IMG/VR virus record: IMGVR_UViG_3300030098_003452
Span: 1-64,000 of that record
Origin: an uncultured virus (IMG/VR IMGVR_UViG_3300030098_003452)
Taxonomy: Duplodnaviria; Heunggongvirae; Uroviricota; Caudoviricetes; Crassvirales
Direction: 5' to 3' (one strand)
Length of the DNA: 64,000 nt
Part shown: positions 31,025-41,700 of the stretch, one piece after another
Layout of the letters: the number at the start of each line of letters is the position of its first letter
How positions within the stretch are numbered: position 1 is the first letter of the stretch
Position numbers and translations under genes: made by a program
The notes under the pieces: model-generated
What the model saw: the letters and a program-made list of their open reading frames with translations, nothing else
Told to the model about the DNA's origin: nothing
The model's database searches: none

Positions 31025-32701
31025 ATGTCAGATAATATATACGATAAAGAAAACGAGCAAGATAAAAAGAATTTAATCCAACTAAGATCTGGAACAGCTG
31101 ATCAACAAATGATTAACGCTGCATATATGGGTGCTAGAAGTAATCCTAATATGATGGAACATATGGATTTGTTAGATCATTTTCTATTAAAAACAAGAGC
31201 TGGATATAGTGGTACTAAGGCTATATATGAAGCTAAAGAAGCCGCGGAAAAGTTAGAACATGAAGAGTTAATGAAGGATATAGAAATAGATGCTCAAAAT
31301 GTTATTAACATGTCTGGTAGTTTACCTAAAGGGTACTTTGATAAAATTTACGAACATGTAGAAGGCCTTAGAACTCAATACGCTGACGCAAAAAGAAACA
31401 ACAATGAACAAGAAGCAGCTGGATTAAGAGCTCAGTTAAATACTCTTTCAGTTAATATAGGTCAAACAAAAGAAAATATTTTAAACAACTCAAAAACTAT
31501 ACTTGGTGATGATGGTAATTCGGATTTAACAAATTTATCTTTACATCAAGAAAGAATTATATCTGCTTGTAAAGAAAAAAATGCTGTTTTTCACGATGGT
31601 ACATTAAAGTGGACAAATCCTAATTATGAAAAAATGTCTAAGGAATATAAAATTCAAACAGGTAAAAATATAGAAGGTGAAGCTGTTTATGAATACACAT
31701 CAGAACCTTATCGTGAAGAAACACAAATTAAAAAACTATCTTATGATGACTTTGTAATGAGAGCTAAAATTCCACCAGGTATGCTTAGTGAAGAAGAATA
31801 TAACGCAGATCCAGAAATGGGTGTTTTTCCAACAAAAGTTGAGGTACCTAATCAAAAAAATAATGAGTATGATCCTAGAGAAAAAGAATATTACACTATA
31901 GAAGATTTTAATAAAGCTACAGTAAGTAAAGATTATGTTTTTAAAGAAAATAATTTATCTCTTGAAAAAGAGATTGCTATTGCAGGTCAAGAATTTAAAA
32001 ATGGCACAAGTACAATAGATTTTGACAAGAATAGTTATTATAAACGAAACTTAGAGAGTATTAATAAAGAAAATATTCAGTTTTTATTAAGAGATGATTT
32101 TGGAGTAGATATGACTTTTGAACAAGCTTTGGATCAACATCCAGATATGATGTCGCTTTTTAATATTGGTGAAATATCTGCAAGCGATATAGTCAGTGAA
32201 GATTTAGATGGAGATGGTGTGTTAGATTACACAGGTGATCCTAACGACGTATATGAAAATACTATTTTTTCAGAATCTTATTTAAATTCTCCATCAAATA
32301 TTATCAAATATGATACTGATGGTAATAAGATTGTAACTTGGGAGGATTTTGGAAGTACTCCTGAGGAAGCTAGAAAAAAACTTATTGAAACAATAACTCA
32401 ACCCGACGCTACTAATTTTAACTATGATATTAGTAGAGATTTATTAGCTGATTACATGACTAGAAGACAAGAAAAGATATTTTATAAAGACACTAAACCA
32501 ATGACGTGGGAGGATATTTTACAGTATAGAGGTAAAACCCTTGAAGAATTTGAACAAGACGGTGGTAGTATAGGGTTTTTGAAAACAGTAAAAGGTATAA
32601 AATTTGACGATTTGAAGAAAGGAAAAAAGAGTAAGATATTGATTAGCCAGCAATTCTATAACAGAAATCTATTTCCTAACCAAACTAAAAAAGGTAGATA
32701 A
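31025..32701 (+). CDS. putative internal virion protein with EF-hand-like loops
   Basis: DLDGDGVLD and DTDGNKIVTWED loops; between the ejection protein and the giant gene. Confidence 0.5.
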   Translation: MSDNIYDKENEQDKKNLIQLRSGTADQQMINAAYMGARSNPNMMEHMDLLDHFLLKTRAGYSGTKAIYEAKEAAEKLEHEELMKDIEIDAQNVINMSGSLPKGYFDKIYEHVEGLRTQYADAKRNNNEQEAAGLRAQLNTLSVNIGQTKENILNNSKTILGDDGNSDLTNLSLHQERIISACKEKNAVFHDGTLKWTNPNYEKMSKEYKIQTGKNIEGEAVYEYTSEPYREETQIKKLSYDDFVMRAKIPPGMLSEEEYNADPEMGVFPTKVEVPNQKNNEYDPREKEYYTIEDFNKATVSKDYVFKENNLSLEKEIAIAGQEFKNGTSTIDFDKNSYYKRNLESINKENIQFLLRDDFGVDMTFEQALDQHPDMMSLFNIGEISASDIVSEDLDGDGVLDYTGDPNDVYENTIFSESYLNSPSNIIKYDTDGNKIVTWEDFGSTPEEARKKLIETITQPDATNFNYDISRDLLADYMTRRQEKIFYKDTKPMTWEDILQYRGKTLEEFEQDGGSIGFLKTVKGIKFDDLKKGKKSKILISQQFYNRNLFPNQTKKGR

Positions 32702-32718
32702 AGTTTAATATTATATTT

Positions 32719-35700
32719 ATGAATCATTTAACTGAAATATTACAAGAGTACGTAGCTACTGCTAACAATCCTGATTACGGAGGTAATTGGGAGGTTATTA
32801 ATAGTAAGTTCCCAGAATTGCAATCTTACGATAAAGACGTGTTGCAAGAATATGTAGAAACTGCTAATAATCCAAGTTATGGAGAGAACTGGAATATTAT
32901 TAATGGTAAATTTCCAGAATTTTTTAATCCAAAGAAAAACAAATCAACTTCTAATTCCCCTAAAATTAACACATCTGTTAATAAAAAATCAAAAACAAGT
33001 AATAAATCTAATACTGACGGCGACTATACCTATGAAGATCTTTATGGTGAAAACTGGCAATCAATAATAGACGAGGTTGTTAAGAAAGGTCCTAAACATA
33101 TGGATGTGTTTTCTAAAAGACATGCTGGAAAAACTGGTTATGATCAAAGATTTTGGAACGAAGATGGTAGTTTAAAGACTGCCGATGAAATGCACGATTA
33201 TAGTAGTAACAATACCTTAGGTGGAAAAATGTTTAAAATTTACGAAAAAACAAAAAAATCTATAGAAGATAAGTTTTCACCCGTTATTGAGAAAATGACA
33301 GAAACTGGAAAAGATATATATGCTGATTTAAAGGAAAGAGGAGCTATAGAAAAAGAATTAGAAAATAAGATTGTAAATCAAGAAGGTGTTGTTGTAGATG
33401 CAAATAATGAACCTGTAGAAATTAAAGAATATGATGGTAGTTATATAATATCAGACGAAGAGGAAAGTGAATTGTTAAATATAACAGATGATTCATTAAA
33501 CTCATCAGCCAAAGAAAAAAGTAAATATGCTACATATAGAATAAATCAAGGTGCTCTTGATTGGGACATGGGTGATGAAGAACTTAAAGACGAAAAAGGT
33601 ACTAGTTCGTATCAAAAATGGAGAGGTAAAAGATATGGAAATATAGTAAGAAAAGAAGAGTATAAAAGAGTAGATTCACGTGGAGGATATTCATGGAGAA
33701 AAACTGATAATGTAAAATTTGAATATATAAATTCAGACGGATCAACTAGAAAAGCAACTAAAGAAGAGATTCAAAATTGGGGAGAAAGAGATTATATCAC
33801 AAAGTGGAACAAGAAAATCAATAAAAAAATAAATGATGGTATTGATGAACGTAATAAAAAATTACTTTATAAAAACCCTGAGGAATATCTTTATAACGCA
33901 CAATACCACGCACACAGTCAAGATGTTGAGTTAGAAGATTTACCGTCTTTAAAAGAAATAGATGAACTAAGTGATGATGTTTTAGCAGAAGGATACGATC
34001 AAGAACGTATTAAGGAAGAGTGGACTGAAGAAGATATTGTATTTGGGTATAATGTTTCTAAAGGAAAAATAGTTAATGCGGTTTATGAAGACTATAAAGG
34101 AAAATATAGACTATATGTAGAAGATGACGTTACCGATAAAAATGGTGATGTAATTAAATCCGGTGGAGCTAAAAAAATATATTTAGATTGGGAAATAGAT
34201 ACGCCTCAAAAAATTATAGATGATTATAACGAATACGAAAATAAAAAATTATCACACATTGGAAATGTAATAGTTCCAAAATTAAAAAAAGATGGCAAAT
34301 GGGATGAGAGTGGAGAAGGTGATAATACTAAACTTATAAATAAGGAATTAAAGAAATGGAGTGGTTATGATGAAACACAAGAAGAGAATTACAGGAAATG
34401 GCATAGTGAAAATAAATATCAAAACGAACAAAACTATATAGATTTTAATACAAACGCACTTCAACAACAATGGGATATTATCGATGATCAAGTAGAAGAA
34501 AATTTAATATCTTATTATCAAAAAGAAAGTAAAGAAGTTCAAAAAAATATAAGTGAGGACTTAACAGCGGAAATGTATACTAAATTTGAAGGAGATGAAT
34601 ATGGTAATATTTATGTAAAAGAAGATTTAGATTGGGAGGGTTATGAAGAGGGAGATTTAATAACAAAAGAAAAGTTAGACGAGTATCTTGAAGATGAATT
34701 TCAAGAAAGATTTTCTAATGATCCTAGAATTAAAAAATTAGAAAAAGAAGTTGACCAACTTTATAAAAACGCTAGAGATAGCTTTGTTGACAAATGGAAA
34801 CCAACTTATAATTTAATTGGTAAAGATAGACTAGAAGAAATTAGCAGTATCTATACGGCAACAATGAAAAAATATGGGGACAACATTTCTCCAGCATCAA
34901 AAAAAGGTACTATTGATATTTTATGGAAAAGATTAGAAAAATCTTTAACTGAAGAATATAATAATATGGATGGTGACGCCTATGGATTAGCTGATTACAT
35001 AGACCAAAGAAAACATGAGTTTTATACTTATATGTTTGATGAATCTGGTCTAGGATTAGGGACAGGCAAAGATGGAGGAATGTCTGATTATCGCAGGCAG
35101 CTTATACTTCAAACTATAAATGATAATCAATCGTTAATAAAAGAAAAAATATTAAAAGATGCAGCTGAAGACGATGGTGTTTTTGATGCTGGTGATTATT
35201 ATGGTATTTTACCAACTAAAGAGCTTCAATATTATAGAGAGGGAACATCAGAAGACGTAGAAGGTTACGATGATATAGGACAAACAAATTACAATGTTGA
35301 TAAAACTATAAATCTCTCTAATAAAATTTTAGATCAAGAAACTAAAAATAAATATGATGTAGATTCTTTTTGGGAAGGATTTACATCATTAGAATCACAC
35401 GAGTATGTTCCTGTTGTGAGCGCTATATCTAATATACAAAGTCTTTATGATGTAAAAAAATTAGCAGAAAAACCATGGGAAGAATTAAGTCAAGCAGAAA
35501 AAGATTATTTAAGATTATATAATTTAAAAAATGATTCAGACCAAAGAGTAAAAGATATATCTTCTTATTGGTATGGTGGTGGTAAATTAACAGCTGAAAT
35601 GTTACCTTATGTAGCTGAATTTGTTTTTACAAGCCCAGCCTTTTCTGCGGCTAGAGTTGGGTTGCAAAAAACAATTTTAAAGAGCGCTATAAAAAGAACT

Positions 35701-38700
35701 GGTAAACAAATAGATGATTTAGTTTTAAAAAGAGTATTAGCAAATCCATCAGCTCATTTAAATAATGCCGCTAAGTTTAGCTCTTGGTTTTTAGCTACTG
35801 GTGCTCATACAGCGGCAAATCCACAACGTTATATTGAAGCCACTATGCAAAACATGGTTCCGGAAATGGCGTTGATGATGAGTGAAGATGGTACTGAATT
35901 AGTTTCTGCTGTAACAAAAGAAGGAGATAACGTGTTAAAAGCTTTTGCAAAAGGATACGGTACAACATGGGCGGAGTTTATGACAGAACGTGTTGGTGAG
36001 GCGGTTCCTATGTTTGGTAGATGGGGTGGCAAACAGATTGGTAAACTAAAAGGAGGTAAGGAGTTTTTAGAAAGACTTGTTATTAGTAGATACTTATCTA
36101 AAGCCATGAACAAAATGGGATTAACTTTAGATGAAGCTAAAATTCATTTCTTGAAAAGAGCAAAAGATGGAATAGGTTGGAATGGGTTTTTAGGGGAGGT
36201 CTTTGAAGAAACAGTTAACCAACCTTTATCTAACCTTATAAATGGTGATGACGCGTTTGAAGGCATGGATTATAGATTTTTCGGTGAATTATCTGTATCT
36301 ATGGGTACAACTAGTTTAGCTTTTGGTGGTCTTGGAATGTTAGCAAGTAGAAGAAATAAAACTAAAGCTGGTTATTCAGTTAGTGAAAATGGAACAGTTG
36401 TAACATACAAAACCAAAGCAGAGTTTAACGAAAGATTAGATCTTTTAGAAAAACAAGGTAAGTTAAACAATCCTAACTACACTATTAATATCGATGTAAA
36501 TAATGATGTAACTACTTTTCAAGACACTGAGGGTAGGTTAAGTAAATATAAAGATAAAAATAATAAAGTTAACAACGTTAAAAAAGATTTCTTTGATTTA
36601 GGTTTAGCATCAGAAATAGAACTTACAGAAGAAATCGCAGAAAATCAAAATGACTATAGTAATTTAACAACTATAGAAGAACAGTTAAATGAAAAATATC
36701 AAGAGAGACAAGATATATTAGACAGCGATATATCTGGTAGACAAAAAAATAAAGCTTTAAGAAAAAACCAAAAAGAACTTAAAAATCTTGAACAAGCTAA
36801 GATGGACGTAATAAATCCATATTTAAGTAAAGTAGAAAAAAGAAAAAGATTTAAGTCTTATAAAAAGATAACTGAAAACGTAAAAGATCTTAATGAGAAA
36901 ATGAAACTTGACACTCAAATAATAGAGAAGTCAACTGGTGAAGGAACTAAAAAAGCTATATTAGAAGATGTAAAAAGACAATTGTTAGAAACCAAATATG
37001 GTGGACAATGGAGTTTAGATGGTAAAACTTGGAAAAATCAAGATGGTAGATTAGAGCAAGAGTATATAGATAATCCTATATGGCAAAGATATTTAACCGA
37101 AAAAGAAAAACAAACTATCGCTGAATTAGAAGGTGATCTAATGGATAACTCTAATTTAATGAAGGGACTTGAAGATAACCCTCATGGTATGATAAGTAAA
37201 GACGGTAAATATATTTTTATAAATAAGTCTAGTGCGTTAGCTAAAAATGGAGGAAACATAAACGTTGCTGCTCACGAATTTCTACATAGAGCTTTAAAGA
37301 CTATGATCGATAATAATCCTCATACACAGTTAGCTTTAGGTAGCGCTGTGCACAAATATGTTATGTCTATAGATCCGAAACAATACGGCGGTGATTTTAA
37401 TCGTAGATTGCAAGCTTATCAAGATGGTAGCACTCAAACTGAAATGAGTAATATAGAACAAGCTTGGGTGTTACTTCAACAAAACATTGATCCAGCAACT
37501 GGTGAACAATTAACAGCTTCTCAAAGAAAAAACAAAGAAGTTGATATGAAAAAGTTAACTAATAGATACATTGAACTTCAAAACTCGTACAACAATGTAA
37601 TGGCTGAAGAAGCTTTAACTTTATTATCAGATGCTTTCGCTATGGGTAACTTAAACATGAGTAACAAAAGATTAAGTGTTTTAGGTAAGATATTTGAAAG
37701 AATATTAAATGCGATTGGTGTTAGAGCTAAATTTGAAAATGGTGAAGCTGTTTATGATTTTGTATCTGAATTTACAAGCAGCATACAAAAAGGTAAAGTT
37801 AGTAGAAGATTAAGAAAACAACTATCTCAAAAAGCTGAATTAAAAGGACAGCTAAAAGAAGATAAAATTACATTACAAAGAAAAAAAATAAAACGTTATC
37901 AAAACGTACAGTTTTCTAAAGCTGTAAATAAAAACGAACAAGAACTAGGTTTAGCTGCTAATACTCCAGCTATAATAAAGAAAAACGAAGAGTTACAACA
38001 ACAAATATTAGATGCTTACGAAAATAGAGAAACAACTAGAGATAAAAATGGTAAGATAATAGTGCCCGAATATATTCGCGAGAAATTAGTAGATAACAAC
38101 ATGCCTAGAGTTACAGCTTTAGCAGCACAAGCAGCTAATGCTGGTAAGAATATAGAACTAGAACAAGATAAGAAAAAAGGATTTGATCAATTTTTCCCTG
38201 AGTATTATTTAAAACTAGTAGATTTAGCTAGAACTTATAACGCAGAGAAAGTACCATTCGGTGCTTACATGAACAATTTGCTTCCTTTAAAATATTCTGG
38301 TATATTAAAAGACTTAAAGAAAGGAGAAATTGAAGGTACTGTTGGCGTCTCAGAGGCAACTGGAATAGCTACTGAAGACACTAGAACACCAGAGGAAATT
38401 GGAAAGTTAATCAAATTATATAAAAGATTTGGTGACATGGGAAAAGTCCATAATTTAAAAGTTAAACTTGCTATAAGTAAAGGTGAATTTGATCCCGCGA
38501 AAGAGAATATTTCCAGAATAGGAGTTAACACAATTGATTTATTTCCTCAAATAACACAGTTAATGTTTGGTGTTGTACCAAAAGAAGGTAATCTTACTCA
38601 AGGAGATATAAAACAAGCGCAAATGTTTATCAACAATTATGTTGATACAATCGCCGCTATACTTCCAAAATACGATAAAGTTACTGTAAAGATAAATCCA

Positions 38701-41700
38701 AAGACAAAGAAACCTTCTAAAATTAAATCTATTGGATTGCCAAGAAAATTATTAAAACTTTTTTATACAAAGAGTGAGAAAAGGATTGGTAATGATTATA
38801 TATGGATTAGAGACAACGTTATAGATACTAATAAATTATTAAAATACGTTGGTATAACAGAGAGAACTAAACCTAACTTATATAAAAAAGATGATAACAC
38901 AAGTCAATCTGTAATAGCCCTTATGAATCTTGTTGGGAGAATGATGACTAACCAAGCGTCTAGAGAGTATTTTTGGGAGAATAAAATGCCTTTAGAAAAT
39001 ATGGGTACGTTGATGGAATCTATGGGTACTAATATGTTTAGTAAATCCGTTAATAGTGCCTCTGTAGGTGACAAAGCTTTATTCTTTGCCGCGTTACCAA
39101 AGTTAGGAGAAAACTATAAAAAGCATGGTAACAGCATGAGGAAAGCTTTTAACATGACTTATAGTCCTAATTTATTTGGTGACAAAAGAGAAGATGTTAT
39201 AAAAGATTTAGAGAATTATATAGAAACTTACGAGCAATATGTAGCTGAAGCTACTCTTACTGGGGAACCAATGTTATCTTTAGAAAACTACATTAGCGAA
39301 CAAACAATGGGTTTAACGCTTGAAAAAAATCTAAGTGATATTATAGGAACAAATCTTAAGGGAGCTTTTAAAGATAAAAACAAATTAACAAGTGCTAGAA
39401 ACGCTGTATCTAAAGTAGTTGCAGAAGGCTACGTATCAGTAGAACAAGCAGAAAGATTTTTAAAGTTCTTAGCGGCAACTGGAAATATAGGTGGTACAAC
39501 ACTTATGCCTAATAAAAAAGGTGATTTAGTTATAAATGAAGAGCATTGGCAATTAAAAATACTAAATACAACAGAGCAATTAGAAGTAGCTAAAGCTAAA
39601 AAAGATAAAAAGAAAATAAAAACTCTTCAAGATCGTATAGCTAAATACACGGAAAATATAGAAAAAGATATACAAATAGAAGCTAAAATGTACGGGTTGT
39701 TTAAAGGTGTAGAAGATTTAAAAACTGTTGTAACTCAAAACGTAAAAAGAACAGGAATAGAAATACCACCAAACACTCCACAAAATGTTAACGTAAAATT
39801 AAATACAAAAAAAGACATACAAGCGCAAGAAGATTCTTCTATGAGAAACAAAATGTTTTTGAGGAATTTTGCGGAAGGATTACGATCTTTACAAAATGAA
39901 GGTAAAATAAACCAAACAGACATAGGTATGATTTTGCTAGCACTTGGAAACGTTGGTATGAGTACCCCTATAGCTGCCGCGGCAAAAGTGGCGTATACTA
40001 CTCCTGGCGTTAAAACAAAATCAACCCATAGATATGAACATTTAATACCTAGAAAAATAGTTACGTTATATTATGCTAATTCTATAGTAGACGGTAGTGC
40101 TCAAAGTCAGTTAGAGTTTGATAATTTATTAGATCAATTTGTTGTTGCTATTATACCTCAAGAACAAGATGAAATTGTTAACAACGCAAAATATAAAGAC
40201 TCTATGCCTAATCCTTGGATAATAGGCATGGATCCGTTAATGAGATATTTTAATTTAAGAACTTTTGGAAAAATAAATTTAGATTTAATAGATGTAAAGA
40301 CTGGTAAACCAATAACTAAATATCAAAACTTTAAAAAGGTACATGATATACTTGGTGAAAATCATGATAAAGCAGTTATGTATAATAATGCTATTTTAGC
40401 ATCACGTGTTGTTGCACCATCAAGAGGTATGAGTACATTTGATTTTGATGAAACATTAATAGATCAAGGAGAAAATTTTATTATAGCTACTGATCCTAAT
40501 ACTGGTAACCAAACAAAAATAACATCTGCTAATTGGCCCTTAGAAGGACCTAACTTTGCTGCCCAAGGGTATGAATTTGATTTTACAGATTTTGTTAACG
40601 TAAGAGGTGGTGTTAAAGGACCTTTATTTAAAAAGCTTCAGAATCAAATTAAAAAGTACGGAAACGAAAACGTTTATGTTTTAACAGCTAGACCAGCAGA
40701 AAGTGCTTCAGCTATACACGAATGGTTAAAAGCAAATAATGTTGATCTTCCATTAGAAAACATAACAGGCTTAGGTAATAGTACTGGTGAAGCTAAAGCA
40801 GAATGGATGTTAGGTAAATTTGCAGAAGGTTATAATGATATGTATTTTGTTGACGATGCCTTGCCTAATGTTAAAGCTGTTAAGGATGTTTTAGATCAAT
40901 TAGATATTAAATCTAATGTTCAACAAGCAAGACATAACTTTAGTAAGAGTGCAAAAAGAGAATTTAGCTCTATAATGGAAAATGCAACTTTAGATCTAAA
41001 TAGAATATTAGAACAAACTAAAGGTGTTAAAGCAGAAGCGAGATTTTCAGCTGCTCAAGCAAAAATTAGAGGAGGTAAAATAGGTAGATATAAAATATTT
41101 TTACCACCGTCAGCACAAGACTTTAAAGGTTTATTATATTACTTTTTAGGTAAAGGTAAAGTTGGAGAGCGTCAAATGGCTTTCTTTGACAAAGCATTAA
41201 TAAAACCTTTTGCAAAAGCTATAAGTGAAATTAACTCTTTTAAACAAAATTTGAACAACAAGTATAAAGCTGCTTTAAAAGAATTTGGAGTTAAAAAATT
41301 ATTAAGTCAAAAAGTTGGGGATACAAACTTTACAGCAGAACAAGCTGTTAGGGTTTACTTATGGAACAAAGCTGGTTATGAAATCCCAGGTTTATCTAAA
41401 AGAGATTTAAATACTTTAGTTAGTTTTGTAGAAAAAAATGAAAATTTATTAGGTTTTGCTGAAACAATTAGTAAAGCAACAGAACAGGCTGCTGGATATA
41501 CAGAACCTTCTGAGTTTTGGACTGTAGAAACTATATTAAGTGATTTACACAGTTTGTCAAACGAGATGAAAAGATCAGACTTTTTAGCTGAGTGGAAACA
41601 AAACGTAGATAATATTTTCTCTACAGAAAACATGAATAAAATAGAGGCTTTATATGGTAGTAGATTTAGAGAGGCTTTAGAAGACATGTTATACGCTATG

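Noticed and set aside
32197..32230. DLDGD as a possible RNA polymerase catalytic motif (crAss-like virion RNAP)
   Set aside because: The context EDLDGDGVLD fits an EF-hand-like loop; no NADFDGD or DFDID context here, and FDFDET in the giant protein fits a HAD motif
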